Shown: positions 36,221 through 46,058 of the stretch, one piece after another
Layout of the letters: every line of letters starts with the position of its first letter
How positions within the stretch are numbered: the first letter of the stretch is position 1
DNA from: Bacteroidota bacterium
GTDB lineage: Bacteria; Bacteroidota; Bacteroidia; Chitinophagales; Chitinophagaceae
Assembly (NCBI GenBank): GCA_031423175.1
Contig: JANPEU010000459.1
Span: 1-55,801, forward strand
DNA: 55,801 nucleotides
Reading direction: 5' to 3'
The notes under the pieces: model-generated
What the model saw: the letters and a program-made list of their open reading frames with translations, nothing else
Databases searched by the model: none
What the model was told of the DNA's origin: nothing
Made by a program: the position numbers and the translations under genes

Positions 36221-37546
36221 ATGCCCACTACAAAAATTTCTACCGAAAGTATTTTATCAAAATTAAAAATAAAGTCCCTGAATGAAATGCAGCTTGCATC
36301 TATTGAAGCTGTTGATAAAAACAATAATGTATTATTACTTTCAGCTACCGGGTCGGGTAAAACATTGGCCTACTTATTACCCTTAATTAAATTATTAAAT
36401 GCAGAGAGTACAAAAACACAAGCCCTCATTATTGTACCATCCCGTGAACTGGCTTTACAAATTGAATCCGTTTTTAAAAGCATGGGAACGAATTTGAAAA
36501 TAACCTGTTGCTACGGTGGTCACTTACGGGAAACAGAAGAAAATAATTTAAAACAACCTCCTGCATTATTAATTGGCACTCCCGGCAGATTAGCCGATCA
36601 TATCAGAAGAGGAAATATTACCTGCAATTCTATTGAAACTTTTGTACTTGATGAATTTGATAAATCACTGGAGTTGGGTTTTGCAGATGAAATGTCATTT
36701 ATTATCGGCTCATTAAAATCCATTGCAAAAAGAATATTAACATCCGCTACAGAAGCTGTAGAAATTCCTGCTTTCATTGGTATGGAAAACACGATACGTT
36801 TAAATTTTTTAAATGATAAAGATCAGGATACGGGTCTTGCCGTAAAAATTTTATTAAGTGATGGTAAAGATAAATTAGAAACATTGTTTCGGCTGATTTG
36901 CATGCTGGGCAATCGATCCACAATTATTTTTTGCAATCATCGTGAGTCGGTAGAGCGAACCAGTAATTGGTTGAAAGAAAAAGATATTCTCAATGTATTT
37001 TATCATGGAGCGTTGGAACAACAGGAAAGAGATGCTGCGTTATGTAAATTCAGAAATGGAACTTCCAATATATTAGTTACTACTGACCTTGCATCCCGTG
37101 GATTGGATATTGCAAATATCCGTTATATCATACATTATCATTTACCCGGCAGCGAGGATATTTTTACACACCGCAATGGAAGAACTGCCCGGATGGATAC
37201 AAGTGGTACCGCCATTCTTATTTTATCACCTGAGGAAAAATTGCCGGATTATATAAATGCTGATGCAGAAAAAATAGAACTACCGAAAACGATAACCCTG
37301 CCGGAAAAACCACAATGGTCAACTTTATTTATAGCTGCAGGAAAAAAAGATAAGGTGAATAAAATTGATATTGTTGGGTTTTTATCCAATAAGGGACAGT
37401 TAAAAAAAGAAGATATCGGCTTGATAGAAGTGAAAGACTTTTTTTCCTTTGTAGCCGTTAAGAAAATAAAAATTGGCGAAGTATTACAATCGATTAAAGA
37501 TGAAAAAATAAAAAATAAGAAAGTAAAGATGGCTGTTGCGAAATAA
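36221..37546 (+). CDS. DEAD-box ATP-dependent RNA helicase with DbpA-type C-terminal RNA-binding domain
   Basis: Motif I ATGSGKT, motif II DEFD, SAT, HRNGRTAR and a C-terminal DbpA-like fold (DIVGFL..IGLIEVKDFFSFVAV). Confidence 0.85.
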   Translation: MPTTKISTESILSKLKIKSLNEMQLASIEAVDKNNNVLLLSATGSGKTLAYLLPLIKLLNAESTKTQALIIVPSRELALQIESVFKSMGTNLKITCCYGGHLRETEENNLKQPPALLIGTPGRLADHIRRGNITCNSIETFVLDEFDKSLELGFADEMSFIIGSLKSIAKRILTSATEAVEIPAFIGMENTIRLNFLNDKDQDTGLAVKILLSDGKDKLETLFRLICMLGNRSTIIFCNHRESVERTSNWLKEKDILNVFYHGALEQQERDAALCKFRNGTSNILVTTDLASRGLDIANIRYIIHYHLPGSEDIFTHRNGRTARMDTSGTAILILSPEEKLPDYINADAEKIELPKTITLPEKPQWSTLFIAAGKKDKVNKIDIVGFLSNKGQLKKEDIGLIEVKDFFSFVAVKKIKIGEVLQSIKDEKIKNKKVKMAVAK

Positions 37547-37592
37547 AGCAGATCGTGTTTTTATTATAATTAAATTTATAAAAATATATTAC

Positions 37593-38063
37593 ATGAAATC
37601 AAAAAAAATAATTCTACTTCTTAATGCTATTTTTCTTTTTTCATTTGCGAATGCTCAGAATAAAAAAGCGGATTCTACTGCAATTGCCAAAATAGTAAAG
37701 TCCTTGCTTACTATTTGTAAAAATGTTGATTTTGCAGATACGAATACAACGAAACTTGGAACATTTTACAAAGCAGCCCAGTATATCATTTATCAGGGTA
37801 ATGATGAAATAAGAAAATGGAAATCATTTGCAAACTATCGTGATGCCGAAGATAAAAAAGGGGTAGATCAGGTTTGTACCCGCATCAATGAATCCGTGAA
37901 CCGGGACAGCAGTTATACAATTGTAAAATACTTTACCGAAAAAGAATCGGAAGGAATATGGCATATATTAATGGTGAGTTATAAAAAAAAGGAGATTGAA
38001 AAAAAGTCAGCATTTGCTTTTTTAAAAATTGGCAACCGTTTTGGGCTTGGAGATATTGATTGA
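37593..38063 (+). CDS. Hypothetical secreted protein
   Basis: Signal peptide MKSKKIILLLNAIFLFSFANAQ. No recognised domain. Confidence 0.6.
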   Translation: MKSKKIILLLNAIFLFSFANAQNKKADSTAIAKIVKSLLTICKNVDFADTNTTKLGTFYKAAQYIIYQGNDEIRKWKSFANYRDAEDKKGVDQVCTRINESVNRDSSYTIVKYFTEKESEGIWHILMVSYKKKEIEKKSAFAFLKIGNRFGLGDID

Positions 38064-38121
38064 TTATAATTATTCAAACTCTGCTTTGACATCCCCCACA
38101 ACCCCCTATCTTCGCCGCCCC

Positions 38122-38541
38122 ATGATAATACTTAAGAATAAATTAATCATTAAACGATCTACTTTACCCGGTGCCGGTAAAGGGCTTTTTACAAAAAATT
38201 ATATTGCAAAAGGAAATGCGATAGTTGAATACAAAGGTACTATTACAACCTGGAAGGATGTAGATCATACCGAAGGTGAAAATGGCTATATCTATTATGT
38301 AAAAAGAAATTATGTGATTGATGCCCGCCCACATCCGCTGTCTTTAGCCCGGTATGCTAACGATGCAAGAGGATTAAAAAAAGTAAAAGGTATTTTGAAT
38401 AATGCAGAATATAAAGAGATCGGATTAAAAGTTTTTATTGTTGCAAAAAAAGATATTGCAGCCGGCGCTGAAATTTTTGTTGACTATGGTAAAGAGTATT
38501 GGGACACGATCCGCTACAATATAAAATTAGAGCAAGCCTGA
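38122..38541 (+). CDS. SET-domain protein (putative lysine methyltransferase)
   Basis: STLPGAGKGLFT, RYANDA (NH-like block) and EIFVDYGKEYW (C-terminal SET Tyr motif). ATG at 38122 (MIILKNK). Confidence 0.75.
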   Translation: MIILKNKLIIKRSTLPGAGKGLFTKNYIAKGNAIVEYKGTITTWKDVDHTEGENGYIYYVKRNYVIDARPHPLSLARYANDARGLKKVKGILNNAEYKEIGLKVFIVAKKDIAAGAEIFVDYGKEYWDTIRYNIKLEQA

Positions 38542-38793
38542 TTTCAATTTCGATGATCTGCGAAATAAATTTTTAGTAACTATTTTTTTGAGTTGGAATT
38601 AAATAATCTACACAAAGCAAGAAGATAAGAATTATTTAAAATTAATTTTTACCATTTCTTCATTACTCATCATACAAAATAATACTGTTTAAATACTAGT
38701 AAGAGGGTGAAAAAATACGTAGGACAATTCAGTTGTATCTGTAAAAACATTTACTGAATTTTGTCGTTAGTATAAAGATAAAAATCCGAGTCT

Positions 38794-39879
38794 ATGAAAA
38801 AACTATACATATCCTTCCTTTTCCTATTTCCGCTTGCCTTAGTAGCACAAAAATCTGTTGACCTTGATCGTTATAAGTTTACGGTACAATACCGTTCACT
38901 ACCAAAATTGCGACTTGATAGTACCTATCGCACCTACAACGTACAAGTAGAAGGCACAAAAATGATGCAATCATTTTTGCAAAATATGTCACCGGAAAAA
39001 ACGGTTCTTCTGCAAGGATGGCGAAAGTTAAACCAAGATGGACATTTGAGCATTAAAGTAAAATTAGGCGACCTGCTACCCGAATCAGTTTCGGTAAAGG
39101 AAAGAATAGAATCTATAAAAAACAGAACCGGGCAAATTACCGGTACAAAAACTTATTACCGCCAGGAAGTGGTATATACATTTGAGGCTTCTGCAAATAT
39201 CACGGACTATAAAGGTACACATGTGATAGATCAGGCTCTGACAGATCGTGGGTATAAACAAGTGTATAGTAGTCCAGAATTTGCTTTTAAACCACTTGCA
39301 GAAGGCTATTTCGTACTCAATTCATTAACCATCACAAAAGATTTATTTCAGAATTGTGTAAACCGGGCAATGCACAACTTAAGTGACCGGATTACTGAAA
39401 ATTTTGGATTTGAGGAAGTAACAGCAAATGATTTTATGTGGATCGTTGACAGTAGAAAACATCCTGAGTATGCTGCACACCGAAAGGCTTTTCAACAAAT
39501 GAATGAAGTCTTGTTCAATATGAATGCCAGTAGTTCGATTACGGGTGTACGTGAACAACTAAAACCGGTAATTGATTATTTTGAAAAAATAAAAAGAACG
39601 TACACATCCACAAACAAACACGACCGGAAAATCAGGTATGCAAGCTTTTTTAATCTTGCCGTTTTATACTATTATTTAGACGATCCACAAGCAATGATGA
39701 AAGAAGCAAATGGATTGGTGTTAAATGATTTCGATGCCAGAGACGGAAGAGGATTTGAACAAACTGCCACCTGGTTAAAACACCTGTTTCAACAAACAAA
39801 TATTTATTCCCGCCATTTTAATATAGACCCTTCAGTTTTTAAAGGCCCATACGAAAAAAATGATGTGTCTGTAAAATAA
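38794..39879 (+). CDS. Hypothetical secreted protein
   Basis: Signal peptide (..LALVAQ). No recognised domain. Confidence 0.6.
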   Translation: MKKLYISFLFLFPLALVAQKSVDLDRYKFTVQYRSLPKLRLDSTYRTYNVQVEGTKMMQSFLQNMSPEKTVLLQGWRKLNQDGHLSIKVKLGDLLPESVSVKERIESIKNRTGQITGTKTYYRQEVVYTFEASANITDYKGTHVIDQALTDRGYKQVYSSPEFAFKPLAEGYFVLNSLTITKDLFQNCVNRAMHNLSDRITENFGFEEVTANDFMWIVDSRKHPEYAAHRKAFQQMNEVLFNMNASSSITGVREQLKPVIDYFEKIKRTYTSTNKHDRKIRYASFFNLAVLYYYLDDPQAMMKEANGLVLNDFDARDGRGFEQTATWLKHLFQQTNIYSRHFNIDPSVFKGPYEKNDVSVK

Positions 39880-39992
39880 TGTCTTTCTTATTAGGGTTTT
39901 TATAAGCAATCAGTTGTTAACCATATAAACTTGTTCCTTGAACAAATAAAATTCCTTAAATACAAACTTTCCAATTGTGTAATTGCTATCTG

Positions 39993-40859
39993 TCATTCAT
40001 GAACATTAGCTGGTTGTTTAGAAGAACCATTTAAAATTTTTAACCACCTTTTTATTTTGATACGAACATTCCAAAAAATTGTTTTAATTTTCAAATTGAT
40101 GGCTGATTCCATTTTTTTTAACATAGCAAATTCAGAAAATGGTTTAGGTAAATAATCTTTTCTAAAATGTTTTATTCTTAATAGCAATACTTTCATATCC
40201 TGCCAACTTCCCAGATCATCTAAAATATTGTTCAGTTTTTCGAGTTGGTATTTTTCATTTTCCTCTAATAAATTGAACCCATAATAAATTGATTTAAGTT
40301 TTATGCGAAGCTGATGTGGCTTTCTGAATAATGCAGAAACTTCTGTCAATTGTATATTGATTAAAAATTCAATTTTCTGATTTAATGTTTCGGCATTATC
40401 AAACTGATCGTCCTGGTTAAGTAGAGATTTTATCCGGAGGAGTTCTTTATTCCTGAAAAGCTGAATAGCATTAGCAGACCATGTCCTGGTTATTTTCAAT
40501 ATTGCTTTCAGGTAACGAATAAGTTGAGGACAGGAAAAATTAAACTCTTTTTGCAGATTCGTTAATAATTCCAAACAAATCTCTACATCCCGTTGCCGTC
40601 CGGTTATATCAAAAAGCTCAGACGTTTTGGCAAGCAATTGTTTATTCAATTTGATTAGCGGGTCTTTTTCTTTTTGTAACAAAGTGTAAAATTGCAGGTA
40701 TGCATTAAGCTTTTTTACAGCTACTCTCAGTTCATGAATAGCTTCACCTTTCATTTTTCGATGGAGAATCTGAAGATTATTTTCAAAAACTTTCCGCTCC
40801 TTTTCCCAATGAACCAATATCGTATTTGATTTATTCAAACAAAATGAACTTTGAATCAT
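39993..40859 (-). CDS. CHAD domain-containing protein (stand-alone)
   Basis: All-helical, with the repeated basic-helix signature (IHELRVAVKKLNAYLQFY) typical of CHAD. Confidence 0.65.
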   Translation of the reverse strand: MIQSSFCLNKSNTILVHWEKERKVFENNLQILHRKMKGEAIHELRVAVKKLNAYLQFYTLLQKEKDPLIKLNKQLLAKTSELFDITGRQRDVEICLELLTNLQKEFNFSCPQLIRYLKAILKITRTWSANAIQLFRNKELLRIKSLLNQDDQFDNAETLNQKIEFLINIQLTEVSALFRKPHQLRIKLKSIYYGFNLLEENEKYQLEKLNNILDDLGSWQDMKVLLLRIKHFRKDYLPKPFSEFAMLKKMESAINLKIKTIFWNVRIKIKRWLKILNGSSKQPANVHE

Positions 40860-41007
40860 GAATTTCGCCAGCTAAGTAACACCTATTTTGTACAATTTGG
40901 GATGAGCAGCGTCAGGTGTTTAACTGTTTTTATTCTAACTTGGCATTTCAAAAAAAATGATAAAAACGTTTGAATCCCAATAAAAAATTTATTAATTAAG
41001 AACCCTT

Positions 41008-41349
41008 ATGATTATTGTCGCCACAGAATTACACATTCGAAGTTTTTGGCATTTTTTTGAATTTGCAATCTATTCTGTACGTTCAACAAAACAAGCTAAG
41101 AATTCAGCAGGATGTATTTTTGCAGAAGTAAAAAATAATGGCTGGAGAATTGGATACACACTTACAGTATGGGAGAATAAAGAACTGATGCAGCAATTTC
41201 GTAACACAGGTGCTCACAAACAAGCGATGTCAAAAATCAGAAAGCTTTCTCATCAATACAAAACACTTTTATGGGAAGCAGATAAACCGGCAGGCTGGGA
41301 AGAAGCAAAAACCCTTCTTGCCGAAACTGCATTTAAAGTTTTGAAATAA
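41008..41349 (+). CDS. Small hypothetical protein, possibly dimeric alpha-beta-barrel (ABM/DUF3291-like)
   Basis: 113 aa. TLTVWENKELMQQFRNTGAHKQAM resembles ABM-fold proteins. The assignment is weak. Confidence 0.45.
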   Translation: MIIVATELHIRSFWHFFEFAIYSVRSTKQAKNSAGCIFAEVKNNGWRIGYTLTVWENKELMQQFRNTGAHKQAMSKIRKLSHQYKTLLWEADKPAGWEEAKTLLAETAFKVLK

Positions 41350-41361
41350 TTATTTTCTTTG

Positions 41362-42564
41362 TTACTCTTTTGGTGCCGACCTTGTTCCACTATATAATTC
41401 ATACTCCAGTAAACGGCAATCAATCGTACTGGTATAAAATTCTATCCGGCGTTTTGCTTTCAATCCTATTTTTTTTGCAAGTTCCAGGTTACCGGTAAAT
41501 ACATAACCGAAGTAGCCTCCGCATTTCTGTTTCATAAAATCACCAATCCGTTTATACGTTTCTTCCAATTGATTTATATCACCCATCCGTTCGCCATATT
41601 CGGGATTTACATAAAAAACTCCAGAAGCCTGTTGTGGAATTTCAGTTTCGGCAAAATCACATACAGAAAAATCAATCAGGTTGGCTACTCCTGCAGCTAT
41701 TGCATTCTTCTTTGCATTTTCTACTGCTCTGTCACTATAATCTGTAGCGATGATACGAAGACCCGGCACATCAATAATTTGTTTTTCCAATAAAGCATCT
41801 TCAAGTAAATAAACCGATTCATCATAACCCTGCAAGTGCATGAAAGCATAATTGGTTCTGAATAATCCGGGTCGCCTGTTGGTCGCAATCATTGCTGCTT
41901 CTATTGCCACTGTACCCGAACCGCACATTGGATTTACAAATGGCGCCTTCCGATCCCATTGCGTAGCGAGGATTGTTGCCAAAGCCAACGCTTCTAACAT
42001 AGGTGCCTGGCCGGGTATTTTCCGGTAACCATGCCTGCCCAGTGAATCGCCGGATGTATCAATAAATATTTCAGCATTTTCATTCTTCCAGAATAAATTG
42101 ATAACTGCACCGGTAAGCGCCGAACCTGTTGAGGGACGTGTGCCTCTTTTTTCACGTATCCTGTCAACGATTGCATCTTTTACCCGCAGGTTTGCAAACA
42201 TGCTGTTATTGATTGTAGGATTATTTACATTGCTGGTGATGGAAAAATAACCGGGATCGGGTATAATATTTTCCCAGGGATACGCTAAAAGATTATTATA
42301 AATAGCATCAGCATTTTCTGCTTCAAATTTTTTCAGGCTAAAAAGAACCTGGCTGGCACAACGAAGATTCAAGTTTAATTTTATACAATCGTTAATCGTA
42401 CCAGAGAGCCGTACACCCGTTACAAATGTTTCTTGAATTGTAAATCCAAGTTCCTTTACTTCCTGCTCCAGGTAAGTGGCAAGCCGCTTGGGACATGTAA
42501 TCGTAATATCCGATCTGTTTGTATATAAATTCATGGTGGGGCTAAAGGTAAATTCTTCCTGCAT
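41362..42564 (-). CDS. THUMP-domain class I SAM-dependent RNA methyltransferase (RlmL N-domain/UPF0020-like)
   Basis: N-terminal THUMP region, DPMCGSGT-like block (NPMCGSGTVAIEA) and the NPEYGER catalytic motif. The start may be the second Met (42534, MNLYTN). Confidence 0.8.
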   Translation of the reverse strand: MQEEFTFSPTMNLYTNRSDITITCPKRLATYLEQEVKELGFTIQETFVTGVRLSGTINDCIKLNLNLRCASQVLFSLKKFEAENADAIYNNLLAYPWENIIPDPGYFSITSNVNNPTINNSMFANLRVKDAIVDRIREKRGTRPSTGSALTGAVINLFWKNENAEIFIDTSGDSLGRHGYRKIPGQAPMLEALALATILATQWDRKAPFVNPMCGSGTVAIEAAMIATNRRPGLFRTNYAFMHLQGYDESVYLLEDALLEKQIIDVPGLRIIATDYSDRAVENAKKNAIAAGVANLIDFSVCDFAETEIPQQASGVFYVNPEYGERMGDINQLEETYKRIGDFMKQKCGGYFGYVFTGNLELAKKIGLKAKRRIEFYTSTIDCRLLEYELYSGTRSAPKE

Positions 42565-42617
42565 GATATGGGTATATAATCTCGCTTCTTTTAATGTAGA
42601 TTATTTAGAAGCCATGA

Positions 42618-43178
42618 TTAAACAGAATAGTTTTGTTGAAGCTGCCTCCATTGCTCTTTTGTTATAGCATATACAAAATTCAGTTTTTCGGGTTCGCCAT
42701 AATAAGCAATTTCCTCCTCCCCGATTTTGGTTGCACCAAATCGCTCAATAGAAATTTGTGAACGTTTATTGGTTGCACCAATATAAAACCGGACTGTATC
42801 GACAAATTGAAAGATATGATCCAGCATTAATTGCTTTAATGCATGATTACATCCTTTGCCCCAATGGCTGCGTATAAAAAAAGTGTACCCAATGGAAACC
42901 GTATTGGTTTCGGCAATATAATCACTGTAGCGGGAGCTGCCGATAACTTCATTAGTTTGTGCATCTCTGACTAAAAAAGCACCGCCCGATTCAATTGCTC
43001 CTGTAAAATAATTTTCAAATGCCTTTAGTTGCCACCTGTTTTTATTTGGGTGTTGCTCCCAGACAAGTGGATCGGATGCAGCTTTATATAAACTTTCAAA
43101 ATGCGATTGTTGCAACGGCTCTGCTGTTACCTGGCCATTTTTAAGATAGGGCTGAAAATGAATCAATGAATTTTTCAA
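42618..43178 (-). CDS. GNAT-family N-acetyltransferase (RimJ/RimL-like)
   Basis: Acetyltransf_3-like length and a WGKGCNHALKQLMLDHIF block. Confidence 0.7.
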   Translation of the reverse strand: MKNSLIHFQPYLKNGQVTAEPLQQSHFESLYKAASDPLVWEQHPNKNRWQLKAFENYFTGAIESGGAFLVRDAQTNEVIGSSRYSDYIAETNTVSIGYTFFIRSHWGKGCNHALKQLMLDHIFQFVDTVRFYIGATNKRSQISIERFGATKIGEEEIAYYGEPEKLNFVYAITKEQWRQLQQNYSV

Positions 43179-43347
43179 TAGATGAAATATTAATTTTAAA
43201 TAATTTGCACAAAGCTAATAAAGTTGCTTGTTGAATTTTGGATAATTAATTTAACTGAAGGAGAAACTGGAACTTAATAATTCTTAAATACAACTTATCT
43301 TATCGTCAACTATACTTAGTAAGTTTGGAAAACTAAACTATACCTGA

Positions 43348-44451
43348 ATGACGCAGCGCCAACGATTAAAATTCAATAAACTAGGTATTATAATTATAAC
43401 CTGGAGCTGTATAGGGTTTTTAATTGCATGCTATGATTATATTGTTATAAGTTCAAGTTTATCCGTTGGTTTTTCATCTGATTTTACTTTCGGCAATCAT
43501 CTGCTATTAAGTTTGGTTGCTGCTGTTCTCGGAGCTTTAATGGGTGGGGGTTTCCTTGTATTCTATGTAAACGAAAAATACAGAGACAAGCCATATGGTT
43601 TTACTTTACTTGCAGTACTCATCTCCTTTTTTGTTATTGTGGCTATTATTACTTTAATACTGGGATTTATTTCCGCTCCAATACAAACTGGAAAATCTTT
43701 TGCTGATATCGAAACAAAACGGGCTTTCAAAGCATTTCTGACAAATGGAATTAATTATAAAAATATACTTGTCTGGTCTTCGGTAGTCGCTTTAACACAA
43801 ATTCTGCTTCAGTTTAATACCAAGTTTGGCGAAGGCAATATGTGGAACCTGATACGTGGAAAATATCAAACACCAAAAGCAGAACAGCGCATCTTTATGT
43901 TTGTTGATATTAATTCATCCACCACTCTAGCCGAAAAACTGGGAAATGAAAAATATCATAGCTTATTGAAAGATTTTTTTTCTGACATCACAAACCCTAT
44001 TATTGATAACAAAGGAGAAATTTACCAGTACGTTGGTGATGAAGTAATTGTTAACTGGAAGTATAAAGATGGCATACAGCATAACCAGTGTATCGGATGT
44101 TTCTTTGATATGAAAATAGAAATTCAAAAACTCAGCAATAAATACATGGAAAAATATGGCCTGGTGCCGGGTTTTAAAGCAGGTATTCATTGTGGCAGTG
44201 TAATAGCTGGTGAAGTTGGAATTATTAAACGGGATATAACTTTCTCCGGCGATGTAATGAATACGACCAGCCGCATACAAAGCAAGTGTAAAGAGTTCAA
44301 TGTTGAAATCATTGCTTCAGATGATTTATTAAAAGAATTAGAACTTACCGGAAAATATACCACTCAATTTTTGGGCTCTATAAAATTAAGAGGTAAAGAA
44401 AAGGATGTTGAGCTTAGTACCTTAATACCAGTCAACAGGAGCATAGCATAA
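43348..44451 (+). CDS. Membrane-anchored class III adenylate/guanylate cyclase
   Basis: An N-terminal block of several hydrophobic predicted TM helices. Cyclase core FMFVDINSSTTLAE..YVGDEVIV..GDVMNTTSRIQ. Confidence 0.8.
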   Translation: MTQRQRLKFNKLGIIIITWSCIGFLIACYDYIVISSSLSVGFSSDFTFGNHLLLSLVAAVLGALMGGGFLVFYVNEKYRDKPYGFTLLAVLISFFVIVAIITLILGFISAPIQTGKSFADIETKRAFKAFLTNGINYKNILVWSSVVALTQILLQFNTKFGEGNMWNLIRGKYQTPKAEQRIFMFVDINSSTTLAEKLGNEKYHSLLKDFFSDITNPIIDNKGEIYQYVGDEVIVNWKYKDGIQHNQCIGCFFDMKIEIQKLSNKYMEKYGLVPGFKAGIHCGSVIAGEVGIIKRDITFSGDVMNTTSRIQSKCKEFNVEIIASDDLLKELELTGKYTTQFLGSIKLRGKEKDVELSTLIPVNRSIA

Positions 44452-44488
44452 AGTTTTGAAAGAAATTCAAAAATTTATTTTTAAAAAA

Positions 44489-44890
44489 ATGGACACCGAA
44501 TTTGAAATCATATTTGCACACCTGAAAGAAATATTGCAGAAATATTCCGGGACATTTACTGTAAAACCAGATACGAATACTAAATACGGTTTGTATGCAC
44601 AAATAGGACCAGCCACTTTAAAAATATGGGGAGGTAAAATGAGAAAGCCTGCCATGCCGGTAGCATGTGTTGAAATTGGAAAAGGGTATGTCAGCTATCA
44701 CCTGATGGGCGTATATGGAAATACAAAATTATTGGATGAGCTATCAAAAGAATTGAAGGCACGTATGCAGGGCAAAACCTGTTTTAATTTTAAGAAGGTT
44801 GATGAAAATATTTTTCTGGAGCTCGACTCGTTAACTGCCCGGAGTATTGATTCGTTTAAAAAATCCGGCTTTATATCTGTAGCTGATTAA
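44489..44890 (+). CDS. Hypothetical protein (downstream of the cyclase)
   Basis: ORF 44456..44890 with its first ATG at 44489 (MDTEFE). No recognised domain. Confidence 0.55.
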   Translation: MDTEFEIIFAHLKEILQKYSGTFTVKPDTNTKYGLYAQIGPATLKIWGGKMRKPAMPVACVEIGKGYVSYHLMGVYGNTKLLDELSKELKARMQGKTCFNFKKVDENIFLELDSLTARSIDSFKKSGFISVAD

Positions 44891-45048
44891 AAAATATTAG
44901 TCGCTATCATTCTGTTATGATTCTGCATTTTTTATCTTTTGGCAAACTACTGACATCAGGAATTTGCAAACCAGGCTTAAACATTTTTTTGAAAAAATCA
45001 TTCCCTTCAATGATTTGAAGCGTCTCAATATTTGACAATTTTGAAAAC

Positions 45049-45687
45049 ATGAAAATTACAATTTCTACAAGAGCGAACTGTTTAATAATATTTCTATTTA
45101 TAACAAGTTTTCTAAATGCTCAAAATCTTGATATTAAAATTTTGAGGGAAATAAATTTACATAGAAACAAATCACTAGACCGGACTTTTAAAACAATTAC
45201 CAATAGTGTAAGTCCGGTAAGTTTTGCAACACCCATTATTGTGTATTCAGTTGGTTTAATTAAAAGCGATAAAGATTTAAAAGAAAAAGGAATTTTTATT
45301 GGAGAAACATTTTTAGTTTCTGCCTTTATTACAATAGCTTTTAAATATATTGTAAAACGAGACCGCCCATTTAAAACTTATCCTGATATAGAAAAATTAA
45401 CGTTAGGTGGAAGTTATTCATTTCCTTCTGGTCATACTTCTGAAGCCTTTGCTACGGCAACCTCATTGAGTATTGTTTTTCCAAAATGGTATGTTATAGC
45501 ACCTTCTTTTTTGTGGGCAAGTGCTATAGGATATTCACGAATGGATTTGGGTGTTCATTATCCCAGTGATGTATTAGCTGGTGCATTAATTGGTATTGGG
45601 TCAGCATTTTTAACTTACAAGCTTAATAAGTGGATTAATAAAAAAGAGGGAAAACCTATACTTTATGAAAGAAGAATTAAAAGATAA
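45049..45687 (+). CDS. PAP2-family phosphatase
   Basis: KRDRP, PSGHT and SRMDLGVHYPSD acid-phosphatase motifs in a multi-TM protein. Confidence 0.85.
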   Translation: MKITISTRANCLIIFLFITSFLNAQNLDIKILREINLHRNKSLDRTFKTITNSVSPVSFATPIIVYSVGLIKSDKDLKEKGIFIGETFLVSAFITIAFKYIVKRDRPFKTYPDIEKLTLGGSYSFPSGHTSEAFATATSLSIVFPKWYVIAPSFLWASAIGYSRMDLGVHYPSDVLAGALIGIGSAFLTYKLNKWINKKEGKPILYERRIKR

Positions 45688-45809
45688 GACAGGGAATTGT
45701 TTTTATTTTTAAATAGCATTCAGGTTTTTTTTGGATTCTCCATTTCGCGGATAGCAATAAACCCGGCTGAAGAATAAATGAAAGAATACATCCCGAAACA
45801 GTTGAAGAA

Positions 45810-46058
45810 TCAGGTATTCATTTCATCTTTATTTATTTTATCAATTGCATCCCAAATTTTTTTCTTGAGTTCTTCGTTTTTCCATATAGTTTTTTTTACA
45901 GCATAACGTTCAAGGCCATTTTGCAATAGTTTCTGTTCTGTGGCAATTTCCGGGTAATCCCTACATAATTGTTCCACTTTATTGCGTTCCTCATCTGTTA
46001 CCAATCCAAGGCAATAATCCATCAGGATGCCGCTGTTAATAATTTCCTCAACATTCAT
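45810..46058 (-). CDS. Short soluble anti-sigma factor-like protein (RskA N-terminal-like)
   Basis: ATGA overlap with the upstream sigma gene's stop. DYCLGLVTDEERNKVEQLCRDYPE resembles anti-sigma N-domains. No TM segment. Confidence 0.55.
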   Translation of the reverse strand: MNVEEIINSGILMDYCLGLVTDEERNKVEQLCRDYPEIATEQKLLQNGLERYAVKKTIWKNEELKKKIWDAIDKINKDEMNT

